A stretch of 47,828 bases of DNA from Candidatus Binatia bacterium. GTDB taxonomy: Bacteria > Desulfobacterota > Binatia > HRBIN30. The stretch covers positions 1 to 47,828 of the forward strand of contig JBBRSP010000039.1 of the NCBI GenBank assembly GCA_038245295.1, in the 5' to 3' direction. Below the pieces are notes generated by a model, which ran no database searches, was not told the origin of the DNA, and was given only the letters and a program-made list of their open reading frames with translations. This document shows, one piece after another, positions 29,560-39,440 of this stretch (its first letter is position 1; the number at the start of each line of letters is the position of its first letter). The translations under genes were made by a program, and so were the position numbers.

Positions 29560-32500
29560 GCCGACTCCCGCGGATCCGCCAGCAGCAGGGACAAGTGCTC
29601 GATGAGGGCGCGCGGTGGGCGGTCGAAGAATACGCCGTTGCCCGACGGGTTGGTCGGGCTCATGCCGCGCAAGAACAGGTAGAGCGCGCCGCCGAAGTGT
29701 TGATCGTAATCGTAGTTGGCGATGCGCGAGCTCAAGAAGCGGTGCACCGCGACACAGTACAGGTGATATTGCAGCACATAGTGACTGCGGATCATCTCGC
29801 CGGCGAGACGTTCCTGACGATAGGCGATTGGCCGCGCGCCCAGACGATTCGACTTGTAGTCGACCACATAGAACTGCCCGTCGTGTTCAAAGACCAGATC
29901 GATGAATCCGCGCAGATACCCGCTGAGCGGCTGAAAGCCGATGCCACGCAAGGCGTCGCCGTAGCCGTTCAAATACGACGCCGTGGCGTACGTCTCGAAG
30001 CAGCGCGCCAGGCGCTCGCGCGTCAGGGCGCCGGTCGGCGGATGCTCGATGTCGTGTGCGACCGGAAAAACAAACTCCATCTCGCTGCGTCGCCCCTGCA
30101 GCGGCACCTGTCGCAACGTAAAGGTGCTGACGTCGTCGATCAGCGGCGTGTCGAGGACATGTCCGAGCCCAATGGCCAGTGGCTGCTTCCACTCCGAGCC
30201 AAAGCCGTAGCGCTGCAACGATGAACCGATGAGCTCTTCCACGACGCCTGGCGGGGCGGCGGCAAAATCGAGGTTCTCGAGCACCGTATGGAGGAGGCGC
30301 CCTGTGCGGGCTCCGGCTGGGAAGGCATCGAAAGAGAGCTCGGGCCGCTGCGTGTCGGTCTCGCCCTCGGGTTCCGCCGACTCATCGCGATCCTGCCCGT
30401 CCGACTGCGCGGAGTAGGGAGAGTAACTCGACGTCAATGCCGAGAAGCTCGAGGTGCGCCAGGCGCCCGCCAAGTTGCGCACCGGCTGCCGTAGGCGCAG
30501 TTCCGACCGAGATGCGCCGGCTCCGTCAGCGGTGGGCCCGGGCGGCGTCGCAAGTATTGCGGGGAGCGTTTCGACGCGTAGCGCTCCTGCCGATGCGGCG
30601 CAGACGTTGGCGAGATCGTTTTCGATCGCCGCGTCGTCGCGTTTCTTCAGATGAGCCTGCAACCGTTCGACGATCGTTCCACCCGCCAGATCCGCGGGCG
30701 GGTGCAGCAGTAACCCGAGTGGAGCCGTATCGAAATCACCAAACGCGCCCCAGACGAGATTGCACATGTGGCGCGCCCGCGTCAGCGCCACGTAGAAAAG
30801 ACGCATATCTTCGGCGAACATCTCGTTGCGCACCTGTCGTTTCAGGGTGTCGGCGCGTTTGTTGTCGATCTCCACGATGGCCTGATTGTCGTGCTCGGGA
30901 TCGTGGAAGACGACGGTGCCCTTGTCCCTGAAGCCGCCGTCCCACACGAACGGGCAGTACGTGATGTTGAACTCGAGTCCCTTGCTGCAGTGCACGGTGG
31001 TGAGACGCACCGCCGCATCGTCGCTCTCGAGGCGGATCTGCAGCGCCTCGGGGACGATGGTGCCTTCGTCACTCTCGGCGCGCATGCGCCCAAGCCACTC
31101 CACGAGTGCCAAGGGTCCAAGCCGCAGCTCACCCGAGGCGCGTTGCAGCAACTCGGCGAGATGTAGGAGGTTGGTCATGCGGCGTTCGCCGTCGGGCGAC
31201 GCCAACAACCGGGCTGGAACCTGAGCCTCGTGCAGCAGGCCGCGGAACGCCGGCATGAAGCGGTGTGCCAGCCACGTCTCATTGAGTGTCCGCAGGCGGC
31301 CGACCCAGCTCTCCCATTCGAGCTCATCGTCCGCCAGCGCTTGCAGGTCCTGCGCCGTCAGGCCGATCAGCGACGTGGCCAGGGCGGCGCGTACGGCGCT
31401 GCCGTTCGTGGGCTCGGCCAACGCCTGCAACACCGATTGCAACTCGGCTGCATCGTCGGTGGCGTAGACACTCGTGTCACCTTGGATGACGCTCGGGATG
31501 CGCCATAGGCGCAGCGCGGTCTGGATCTGTCGCGACTGCCTGTTGGTACGACAGAGAACCGCGATGTCGGACGCCCGGACCGCGCGGCCCTCAATGGTTG
31601 CCTCGTGTACCAGTCGCGCGATGTCCGCCGTGACGGCCGCCGTGACATAGGTGGCGCCACGTCCCTTCTCCATGGTGGCGCCGCGCAGCGGGATACGCCC
31701 ATCACGCGGGACGAAGAGAATACGCAGGGGAGCTTTGCCGGCCTCGGACCCGCCGAGTGCGTCGACGGCTTCGTCGTGCGCTTGCACCGAGTGGAACTCG
31801 ATTTCCGGAAACACGAAGGCGTGCGCAACCCGCTGCGCGTCGAACAGATGATTGACCGCCATGACCAACTTTGGGTCGGAGCGGCGGTTGACGAGCAGTT
31901 GGCCGGCTGGCTCGGTGACGCGGCGACGCGCGTTCATATACGTGAAGATATCGGCGCCACGAAACGAATAGATTGCCTGCTTCGGGTCGCCGACGAAGAT
32001 CAAGCGGACGCCGTCGGCCGTAGCCTCGGGGGCGAGATAGATCTGCGTGAGAATCTCGTACTGCGTCGGGTCGGTGTCCTGAAATTCATCGACTAGTGCC
32101 ACGGGGTACTGGCGGCGAAGCCTCGTGGCGAGTGCCCGGCCACCGGCCGCGGCGCGCAAGGCCTGCGCCAGGCGCTCGAGCAGATCGTCGAACGAAACGA
32201 CATTGGCGGCACGCTTGCGTAAGTCGAGCTCGCGCCGTGCGTAGTCGAGCGCCTCCAACTGAAACTCCAGAGCACTGTGCTGCGGCTCGGGAATGGTTGC
32301 CAACGCTGTCGCCCCTGGTCGCACCTCGGCGTGCGGTTGGCGCAGGACATCACCAATCAGCCGGTGCAGATTCTGGCGGTTGACCTTGGCATCATCGAGG
32401 AGGTCGAGCAGGACCCGGTCGGCCTGGTGCAGACGCGTCACCCAGAAGTCGGCGACGATTTCCTCGATCAGCGGCGATGTGTCGGTGAGCAACTCGGCAT

Positions 32501-32906
32501 CGCTACGCTGCAGGCTCTCGAAGGCCAGTTCGCGCAACGTGCGCTGGCAGAACGCGTGCAGTGTGCCGATCGGTGCTTCATCGAAGCCGGTCAGTGCGTG
32601 CCACAAGCGACCGACGGCGTCCTGCCGCAGCGACGGGTCCATGCCATGCGCATAGGCGACGATCTCTGCGTCGGCGCTCGGTTGGCCGGAGAACGCCGCG
32701 TGGGCGGCGCGCAAGCGCTGGCGAATGCGATGACGCAGCTCGGCGGCGGCGGCGTTGGTGAAGGTGACGACGAGGATGTCGCGCACGTTGTACCTGGCTT
32801 CGACCACGAGGCGTACGACCAGGGTGGTGATCGCGTGTGTCTTCCCGGTGCCGGCACTGGCTTCGATGAGCGAGAGTCCGGCGGGTGGCAGGGCGATGAG
32901 GCTCAC
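29556..32906 (-). CDS. recB: Exodeoxyribonuclease V subunit beta
   Basis: EASAGTGKT, DEFQDTD, GDPKQAIYSFRGAD, YVALTRA, nuclease GFIDL...VDYKSN; GTG start overlaps recC stop (GTGA). Confidence 0.96.
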   Translation of the reverse strand: MSLIALPPAGLSLIEASAGTGKTHAITTLVVRLVVEARYNVRDILVVTFTNAAAAELRHRIRQRLRAAHAAFSGQPSADAEIVAYAHGMDPSLRQDAVGRLWHALTGFDEAPIGTLHAFCQRTLRELAFESLQRSDAELLTDTSPLIEEIVADFWVTRLHQADRVLLDLLDDAKVNRQNLHRLIGDVLRQPHAEVRPGATALATIPEPQHSALEFQLEALDYARRELDLRKRAANVVSFDDLLERLAQALRAAAGGRALATRLRRQYPVALVDEFQDTDPTQYEILTQIYLAPEATADGVRLIFVGDPKQAIYSFRGADIFTYMNARRRVTEPAGQLLVNRRSDPKLVMAVNHLFDAQRVAHAFVFPEIEFHSVQAHDEAVDALGGSEAGKAPLRILFVPRDGRIPLRGATMEKGRGATYVTAAVTADIARLVHEATIEGRAVRASDIAVLCRTNRQSRQIQTALRLWRIPSVIQGDTSVYATDDAAELQSVLQALAEPTNGSAVRAALATSLIGLTAQDLQALADDELEWESWVGRLRTLNETWLAHRFMPAFRGLLHEAQVPARLLASPDGERRMTNLLHLAELLQRASGELRLGPLALVEWLGRMRAESDEGTIVPEALQIRLESDDAAVRLTTVHCSKGLEFNITYCPFVWDGGFRDKGTVVFHDPEHDNQAIVEIDNKRADTLKRQVRNEMFAEDMRLFYVALTRARHMCNLVWGAFGDFDTAPLGLLLHPPADLAGGTIVERLQAHLKKRDDAAIENDLANVCAASAGALRVETLPAILATPPGPTADGAGASRSELRLRQPVRNLAGAWRTSSFSALTSSYSPYSAQSDGQDRDESAEPEGETDTQRPELSFDAFPAGARTGRLLHTVLENLDFAAAPPGVVEELIGSSLQRYGFGSEWKQPLAIGLGHVLDTPLIDDVSTFTLRQVPLQGRRSEMEFVFPVAHDIEHPPTGALTRERLARCFETYATASYLNGYGDALRGIGFQPLSGYLRGFIDLVFEHDGQFYVVDYKSNRLGARPIAYRQERLAGEMIRSHYVLQYHLYCVAVHRFLSSRIANYDYDQHFGGALYLFLRGMSPTNPSGNGVFFDRPPRALIEHLSLLLADPRESA

Positions 32907-35900
32907 GGCATGCCTCGACGATGGGTCAGCAGGGGTAGGAAAATCGTCCGTGCCAGCCAGCGGAAGTCGGCGCATGGTTCGAGTTGCTGTGGGACGACGA
33001 TGCTTGTCGGGTCGAAGATGTCGCGACCACGAAAGGCGAGCTGGAAATACGGATCAGCGCCGCTCGCGTAGCCGCGATCCTTGGGCTCGTACGTCTTGCG
33101 CGCCGCATCCAGGGCGACCGTCTCGTCCTTCGGTACTGCCGCTTTACCCTTGCCCTTCTTGGGTGACGATGTCGGTTGTGTCTCCTGAACGAACTTGAGC
33201 GCTTCATCGAGCGGCAACGGCAGCGGCAGGCAGTGCCCGGCCTTGAAGATCAGCGCCAGTTGCTCGAGATGCTGCAGTGGCGACTCGACCGGGCCGAACT
33301 CGTACGCCAGGATTCCGTCTTTGTCTTTCTCGGCACAGCCGATGACGACGGTACGTTGTGCCAGCATCGGATTATCCAGGCTCAGCAGGATCAAATGGCG
33401 GATCCAGGCGGCGAGCACCCGCTTCGCCCGGAGCTTGGAGTAGGTGAGTGCCAGCTGCGCCGTGTCGCGGATATCGCGCAACGTTCCCAGCACGTGCAAG
33501 CCACCGAAGGCGAGATCAACGGGCACCGGTGTGTCGCGGCGCTCGCCGATACCGGCAGCGGCCGACTGAAGTAAAGAAACGGTGGCGCCGACGTCGCCGA
33601 CGATGTTGGAACCGAGTGCCCCGGGCGGCAGGTCGCCGCGGGCCCGCAGGAGTGACTCGGCCTGCGACGCATCTAAGTGCGGGCGGCCGAGCATGTAGTC
33701 GCCGACCTTCCATTCCTCGAGTGCGTTGAGCTCGATGGGTTCACGTTCGTTGATCTGCTCGGCATCCGAGGCGAGATAGATGCCGAGCCGTTGTTGCAGG
33801 AAGCCGCGTGGTGGGTTGTCGAAGAAGCGAATGAAGCGATCGAGATCGAGCGCGTCGGGAGTGGTCGGCTCGGGAAGTGCCGCGGCGATGAACGGCGCCT
33901 CCTCATGTTGGAGACCGGTGAGGGCGACCGCGCCGGCGAAAAAGTCGGCGGCATAACTACCGCGGCGTGTATCGTTCGACGGTTCGAACGACTTGCTGCT
34001 GAACGGTTGCAGTGGATGTTCTAGGACGATCTGGGTGCGGACCGGTTCCTCGTCGGCCCGGCAAAAGCTTTCGTCCAAACTATCGAGGAGCTCCGAGACG
34101 GGGATTGCCGGTGGGATCGGCGTGTTGTCCCGCAAACTGCGGCCTGTGTAGGTGACGATCAAGCGCTCACGCGCCGAGAGCAGCGACTCGAGAAACAAGT
34201 AGCGGTCGTCATCACGGCGGGAACGATCACCCGGGCGCGGCTCTTCGGCGATGAGATCATAGCCGGCGCGTTGTTCGCGGCGCGGGAACTGACCATCGTT
34301 CATCCCGAGCAATACGACGACGCGAAAGGGGATGCTGCGCATCGGGACGAGAGCGCAGAAGGTGATGCCGTGGCTCAAAAATCCACGCGGTGCCGGGTTA
34401 CGATTCAGCTCCGCGTCGAGCAGTTGGCGCATCGTCGGCAGATCGACGACGCCGTCAAAGCCGGCGGCGCTGGTCACATCGACGAGGCCGCGCAGAAGGT
34501 CGCGGATTTGCTCGTGCTCATAGCTGTTGGCCGGGCTCTCGAGGAACAGCGTGAGACAATCGCCAAGGAATACGGACCATGCCTCGACGTTCTGCGCCGT
34601 TCGAGCTCGCTCCTGCAGGCCAAACAGTTTGGCGCACCAGGCCAGGCCACGGCCGAGATCGATGGCGGCCGAGCCTTCGATATCATCGAACGGCAGGACA
34701 CCGTGGAACAGTCGCTCCTGTGCGTCACTCGGCAGGACGTAGCCCAGCAGCAGACGATCCGTTCCGAAGCGCCAAGTGTGTTCGTTGAGAGGTGGTTGGC
34801 CGGAGTCGCGCCGGTGCTCAGCATCGATGCCCCAGCGAACGCCGGAGGTTATCAACCAGTGCTGGATGCGATCCAGGACGGAGTCGCCGAGGCGTAGATG
34901 CTGCGCCACGACGTCGAGGCCGAGCAGGTCGAGCACGGTGGCAATCGACAAGCGTCCCTCGAGCGCCTCGAGAGTGCGGATCAACGCGTCGGCAAGTGGG
35001 CTGATGGCGCGGGCGCTGCGATCGGCAATGAGGTAGGGAATACGTTGCGCTCCCTCGCCGGCAGCACCGAAGACCGCATCAATGGCCGTCGCGTAGTCTT
35101 CGATCGACGGACTCATCACCACCACCTCGTGCGGTTGGAGGTCGAGCTGCGGATCCTCAAACAGCGCGCGCAGGTGATCGTGCAGCACTTCTACTTCGCG
35201 CATGGCGCCGTGGCACGAGTGGACGGTGATCGACTCATCCGTCGGTGCGATAATCGCCGGCGGTGTGTCGCGGATGCCGCGGCGACGATACTCGAGCAGG
35301 TCGCCCTGGAGTAGCGACAGCATCGTGTCGCCAGCCGGAGCGTCGTGCAGGTCAACCTCACTCTCCTGGTATTGTCCGCGTTCTTCGAGCGCGTTCAGAA
35401 AGTCGCGCCCCAAGCGTCCGAGCGAGGCGAGCAGCGGCGGTGCTTCGCCATCGAGCTCGCGGCTGGCATCGGCCCAGTACTGACGGCATGGGCTCAGCAA
35501 GAAGAGATGAACGTCACAGAAGCGTCCCGTCGCATGGATGAGGTCGAGGTACATCGGTGCGAGTGTGCCGACACCAAACAAACTGAATCGTTGCGGCAAG
35601 CTGTCAGGTGCTTGCTCGGTGCGACCCAATGCCGCGATGGCGGCGAGTACCCGAGCCGCCACATGGGGTGGTGCTTGTTGCGTCAAGACCTGCCAGAGGC
35701 GCGGTTGCCAGCCGCGCCCCGTGCCGTTCTCCCACTGCAACAGCAGATCGGGCCGGTAGGTCAGGTATTGATCAAACGTTGTGGCGATCTCGCCGGCCAG
35801 GTGCAGTAGCCGCGAATTGTTCTCGTCGTGATCGAGATAGGCACGTAGCGGCGCAAACTCGCGCAGTGGCAGCAGGGGAGGCAGCCGTGCGGCAATGCGC

Positions 35901-36178
35901 CAGGAGACCACTTCAGGGGCGAACACGTCGATGCCATCGCGGCCACCCAGGACGGCATCCAGGATAGACTCGACCAGGCGGCGCGGGAACGGGAACAGCG
36001 GGTTGGCCCAGATGCCGAGGCGGCGCGACAGCTCCATCGACAGCCAGCGTTCCATGCCGCGCCCCTGGACGACGATACACTCGGGCAGCCACGGCGAGGC
36101 GAGTGGTTGAGACACGACATCGGCGAGGACATCAACAAGGCGCTCGGCGCGGTTGCTGCGGTGAACGTGGATCGGCAT
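32903..36178 (-). CDS. recC: Exodeoxyribonuclease V subunit gamma
   Basis: HRSNRAERL, GMERWLS, FDQYLTYRP, REVEVLHD, PMRSIPFRVV, DDRYLFLE, HPLQPFS. Confidence 0.96.
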   Translation of the reverse strand: MPIHVHRSNRAERLVDVLADVVSQPLASPWLPECIVVQGRGMERWLSMELSRRLGIWANPLFPFPRRLVESILDAVLGGRDGIDVFAPEVVSWRIAARLPPLLPLREFAPLRAYLDHDENNSRLLHLAGEIATTFDQYLTYRPDLLLQWENGTGRGWQPRLWQVLTQQAPPHVAARVLAAIAALGRTEQAPDSLPQRFSLFGVGTLAPMYLDLIHATGRFCDVHLFLLSPCRQYWADASRELDGEAPPLLASLGRLGRDFLNALEERGQYQESEVDLHDAPAGDTMLSLLQGDLLEYRRRGIRDTPPAIIAPTDESITVHSCHGAMREVEVLHDHLRALFEDPQLDLQPHEVVVMSPSIEDYATAIDAVFGAAGEGAQRIPYLIADRSARAISPLADALIRTLEALEGRLSIATVLDLLGLDVVAQHLRLGDSVLDRIQHWLITSGVRWGIDAEHRRDSGQPPLNEHTWRFGTDRLLLGYVLPSDAQERLFHGVLPFDDIEGSAAIDLGRGLAWCAKLFGLQERARTAQNVEAWSVFLGDCLTLFLESPANSYEHEQIRDLLRGLVDVTSAAGFDGVVDLPTMRQLLDAELNRNPAPRGFLSHGITFCALVPMRSIPFRVVVLLGMNDGQFPRREQRAGYDLIAEEPRPGDRSRRDDDRYLFLESLLSARERLIVTYTGRSLRDNTPIPPAIPVSELLDSLDESFCRADEEPVRTQIVLEHPLQPFSSKSFEPSNDTRRGSYAADFFAGAVALTGLQHEEAPFIAAALPEPTTPDALDLDRFIRFFDNPPRGFLQQRLGIYLASDAEQINEREPIELNALEEWKVGDYMLGRPHLDASQAESLLRARGDLPPGALGSNIVGDVGATVSLLQSAAAGIGERRDTPVPVDLAFGGLHVLGTLRDIRDTAQLALTYSKLRAKRVLAAWIRHLILLSLDNPMLAQRTVVIGCAEKDKDGILAYEFGPVESPLQHLEQLALIFKAGHCLPLPLPLDEALKFVQETQPTSSPKKGKGKAAVPKDETVALDAARKTYEPKDRGYASGADPYFQLAFRGRDIFDPTSIVVPQQLEPCADFRWLARTIFLPLLTHRRGMP

Positions 36179-36189
36179 CGAAGCCCAAG

Positions 36190-36352
36190 GTCAGAGCACG
36201 GGCAGTGGGTCGCGTAAAGTCGGGGAGGGGGAGAAAGCCGCGGATGAGCTGTAGGGACTTAACCCTTCAGCTCATCCGTCCTCGCGCGTCACTCACGGTA
36301 GACAACTCCATGCCTAGAATGTCTACGTGGTTAGAGAGCTTCCTCTGTCTTA
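36190..36352 (-). ncRNA. Candidate sigma-54-dependent structured sRNA or recC leader
   Basis: Non-coding, locally lower-GC segment downstream of a GG-N10-GC motif; hairpins at 36294-36329 and 36241-36278. Boundaries approximate; not matched to a known family. Confidence 0.35.
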
Positions 36353-36363
36353 GAAATTCTAAC

Positions 36364-36379
36364 GCAAGGGTTGTGCCCA
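36364..36379 (-). promoter_or_regulatory. Putative sigma-54 promoter
   Basis: Minus strand tgGGCACaacccTTGC, close to the TGGCAC-N5-TTGC consensus. Confidence 0.6.
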
Positions 36380-36530
36380 CCAGACAGTAGTGGCGTCCAA
36401 CAAGAAGCCGATTGGCTTTCGCGGAAGTTGGCTGCGATTGGTTGCTCGGTATCAGCCAATCGGCAGCCAAAGTGGATGAAATGAGCCACCGCGGCTCGGC
36501 CCGCGGGCGACAGGATGGATCCCCAAACGG

Positions 36531-36564
36531 CAACGAGCCCTGGGCGGTTCCCCAGGGCTCGTTG
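36531..36564 (-). terminator. Hairpin terminator candidate after the CSLREA gene
   Basis: Perfect 14-bp stem caacgagccctggg / cccagggctcgttg with 6-nt loop, 47 bp past the stop; weak U tract. Confidence 0.6.
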
Positions 36565-36610
36565 GTTCTGTCAGACGGAGATTCGCTCTCCGTCGTGCGT
36601 CAAGAACTGC

Positions 36611-38452
36611 CTATTGCTCGATGCAGTAGAGTCGGAGAAAGCCGGCGCAGTTAATGGTGCTGTCTTCGGTCCAGATGGACGTCGCGAACGCCTCCCGGCC
36701 GGTGGCGCCCGAAACCGCGGTATTAACGCTCCAGTTTGTACAATTGAGAATCGCCTTGGTACCGTCGGCCTTGGTACCCGTCCAAACGTCGGGGTTGGAG
36801 CCGATCAAGACATCGCTCTCGTCGTGATCAATCGCATGCGCCAGGGTCCCGTCGGTCAAATCAGCAATGCTGTTGGCCACCAGGGTCGTACCGTCAACCA
36901 GATAGAAGTTGGCGTTGTTGATACGGTCCTTGGCGTTGGTCGACGAGTCCGACAGCCACGCCTTGTAGGAACCGATGAGCGTCGGTGAAGCAGCGAGAGC
37001 GCGGGCGGCACAGATTCCGTCTGCACCGGCGAGGCCACCGAGGTTACCGTCTTGCAGCGTGCTGGTGACGAACACCTTCTTGTTGATGACCGGCGTGTTC
37101 GTCGGCGTCGAGGTCGGCGTCTGGGTCGGCGTCTGGGTCGGCGTGCTGGTAACGGTCGGTGTGCGGGTCGGCGTGAAGGTCGCGCCCGAGCTCGCCTCGT
37201 ACGAACCGATGTCCGACGTACCAACGCGGCCAAAGCCACGCTGATCGGTGGCCGGCGCGGCGCCGTCGTCGCCCTGATCGATCGCCGGGCTGCCGGCGCC
37301 TAGGGCATGCGTCTTGGTCGTGCCACTGTTGTTCGCCAACGGCCGCAGGAGCGGGTTCTGTCCGCTGATATCGGCCGTACCGGTCAGCAAACAGTTCGAG
37401 CCGTTCTCGAGGTTGTGTCCGCCCGAAACCACCGAAGTTGGAGTCTCGCAGTTGTTGAAGCTCGTTCCGGAAACCGGCGAGCGGTTCTTATTGAGGATCG
37501 TGTTGGTAATGCCGGTACCCGTGCCGGCGATGCCGCCGCCGTTCGATGCTGAGTTGGAGTTCACCGTAACGTTGAGCAACGTGGTCGTCGCAGTACCGCG
37601 GATACCACCACCGGCCGTCGTGGCGCGGTTCTGCGACACGGTACAGTTTGTCAGGCTTGCCGAGACGGAGGCCGCATCGACATATACGCCGGCGCCCGAA
37701 GCTGAGCTATTGCGGTAGATCGTCGAATTGCTGACTGCCAAGGTACCGCCACCCTGATAGATGCCGCCACCCAGCTCGCCCTTGTTCGAACGCAGCGTGA
37801 CGTTCGTCAGGGTTGCAGTACCGCTATTGTTCAAACCGCCACCGTTGGTGTTGTTGAACTGCCGGTTGCTTACCAGGGAGCCGCCTGTCATCGACAGTGT
37901 GCCATTGTTGCAAATGCCCGCGCCGCCGCCGTAGGCGCGCGTGCGCGAGATATCAACTCCGGTCAGGTTGACGGTTGCGCCGCCATCAACCAACAGTCCA
38001 CCGCCGCAGCCCGTTTTCGGGCCGGAGCGTCGCAGGCTGAGATTGGAGATCGTCGCCACGGCGGGACTGGCGACGTGTAGCAACCGATGGCCAGCATCGG
38101 TCGCAAGCGGCTTGTTGCCGATGACTCGGGTCGTCGTCAGGCCGCCACCGTTGATCATGACGTCTTCGGTGATGACGAGCTCACCTAGGGTGCGCTTGAG
38201 CTTGTAGACACCGGCCGGCACCGAGATGGTGTCGGGCACGAGCAGGACGTTCGCCAAGGCGTTGGCTTCCTGGATCGCGGCTCGCAGGGTGCATAAACCG
38301 GTTGAGGTGGCACATACGCCATCCCCGGGCGTTACGTCGGTACCATCCGCATGCGTCGTCGGTATAAACGTTGCCGCGGATGCCGAACCATATATCCCGA
38401 GCGCCAATGCCGCTGTGGCACCGACGCGAGTCAATCGCCCAATCGAAACCAT
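36611..38452 (-). CDS. Secreted CSLREA-type beta-helix protein with choice-of-anchor-Q-like region, PT linker and C-terminal DUF1554/endostatin-like domain
   Basis: Signal peptide ending ASA; GDGVC...CTLRAAIQEANA; Gly/Asn repeats; PLANNSGTTKTHAL...SPAIDQG...DQRG...DIGSYE; TPTx repeats; VFVTS...GNLGGLAGADGIC...KAWLS...VWTGT; GGAGG RBS at ATG 38452. Confidence 0.8.
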   Translation of the reverse strand: MVSIGRLTRVGATAALALGIYGSASAATFIPTTHADGTDVTPGDGVCATSTGLCTLRAAIQEANALANVLLVPDTISVPAGVYKLKRTLGELVITEDVMINGGGLTTTRVIGNKPLATDAGHRLLHVASPAVATISNLSLRRSGPKTGCGGGLLVDGGATVNLTGVDISRTRAYGGGAGICNNGTLSMTGGSLVSNRQFNNTNGGGLNNSGTATLTNVTLRSNKGELGGGIYQGGGTLAVSNSTIYRNSSASGAGVYVDAASVSASLTNCTVSQNRATTAGGGIRGTATTTLLNVTVNSNSASNGGGIAGTGTGITNTILNKNRSPVSGTSFNNCETPTSVVSGGHNLENGSNCLLTGTADISGQNPLLRPLANNSGTTKTHALGAGSPAIDQGDDGAAPATDQRGFGRVGTSDIGSYEASSGATFTPTRTPTVTSTPTQTPTQTPTSTPTNTPVINKKVFVTSTLQDGNLGGLAGADGICAARALAASPTLIGSYKAWLSDSSTNAKDRINNANFYLVDGTTLVANSIADLTDGTLAHAIDHDESDVLIGSNPDVWTGTKADGTKAILNCTNWSVNTAVSGATGREAFATSIWTEDSTINCAGFLRLYCIEQ

Positions 38453-38648
38453 ACTGCCCTCCATGCCGAGTCGAATAGGCCTACATGACCACAGCCCAAC
38501 GGAAGCTGTCAACGAAATTCCGGAGGGAAATCGCCAGATGGGCATTTTTCTGGACGCCGGCCAGTCTCGCGGCCGATTCTGGTCCGAAGTGACCCAATCT
38601 GCCGCCCCTGCTGGCTCTGCAGGGCGGGCATTGGTAAGGGTGCCGGTC

Positions 38649-39434
38649 ATGACGGCGGGGGTGACGGAAGCGCATGTCCTGTTCCGCAATGTCCAGATGG
38701 CATTCGGTACGCGGGTCGTGCTGCGCGATTTCTCTTGCGCCTTCCCGCGCTCCAAAATCACCTGCATCCTTGGCGGTAGTGGCGCCGGCAAGACGACGAT
38801 CCTGCGACTGATCGGCGGTCTCGTGCGGCCGCAGTCGGGAACCATCGACGTTGCCGGCACCGAGATCAGCCACCTGACGGAGTCCCAGCTCTACCCGGTG
38901 CGGCAAAAGCTCGGCATGATGTTCCAAGGCGGAGCCATGCTGAACTCGTTGACGATTTTCGACAATCTGGCGTTTCCACTGCGCGAGCATACGCGCCTGA
39001 CCGCGACCGAGATCACCAAGGAAGTGCATGCGACCTTGGCCGCGGTCGGCCTCGCGGATGTCGACACACTTCTCCCGGGTCAATTGTCGGGCGGCATGGT
39101 GAAGCGCGCGGCGCTGGCGCGAGCTTTATTGATGAAGCCCGAAGTTTTGCTCTGCGATGAGCCCTTCTCTGGACTCGATCCGATTTCCGTGAAACGCATC
39201 GAAGCGCTCCTGCGTCGAATCAACCAACAGATGGGCGTTACGGTATTGATCTCCTCACACCACATACCCTCGACCTTGCGCATGGCCGATCAGGTCGTGC
39301 TTTTGCACGAGCAGCGTGCCGTGATCGGTGCCCCCAATGACCTGCGCAATGATCCCGATCCCAACATCGCCGAGTTCTTCAATGAAGAGGTACGCGACGA
39401 GGATCTGCACGCGCTGGCCGGGTCGGCAGCCTAA
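38649..39434 (+). CDS. mlaF: Mla ABC transporter ATPase
   Basis: GGSGAGKT, FQGGAM, NLAFPLREHT, LSGGMVKRAALARA, DEPFSGLDP. Confidence 0.92.
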   Translation: MTAGVTEAHVLFRNVQMAFGTRVVLRDFSCAFPRSKITCILGGSGAGKTTILRLIGGLVRPQSGTIDVAGTEISHLTESQLYPVRQKLGMMFQGGAMLNSLTIFDNLAFPLREHTRLTATEITKEVHATLAAVGLADVDTLLPGQLSGGMVKRAALARALLMKPEVLLCDEPFSGLDPISVKRIEALLRRINQQMGVTVLISSHHIPSTLRMADQVVLLHEQRAVIGAPNDLRNDPDPNIAEFFNEEVRDEDLHALAGSAA

Positions 39435-39440
39435 ACGCCC

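Noticed and set aside
36267..36533. 88-aa minus-strand ORF or short MELSTVSDARGRMS peptide
   Set aside because: No RBS or recognisable motif, and it runs through promoter-like and hairpin elements; a leader peptide is not fully excluded.
38226..38860. Overlapping extensions of the 402-aa and 749-aa ORFs
   Set aside because: Real starts are supported at 38649 (mlaF homology) and 38452 (RBS plus signal peptide), leaving a normal divergent gap.
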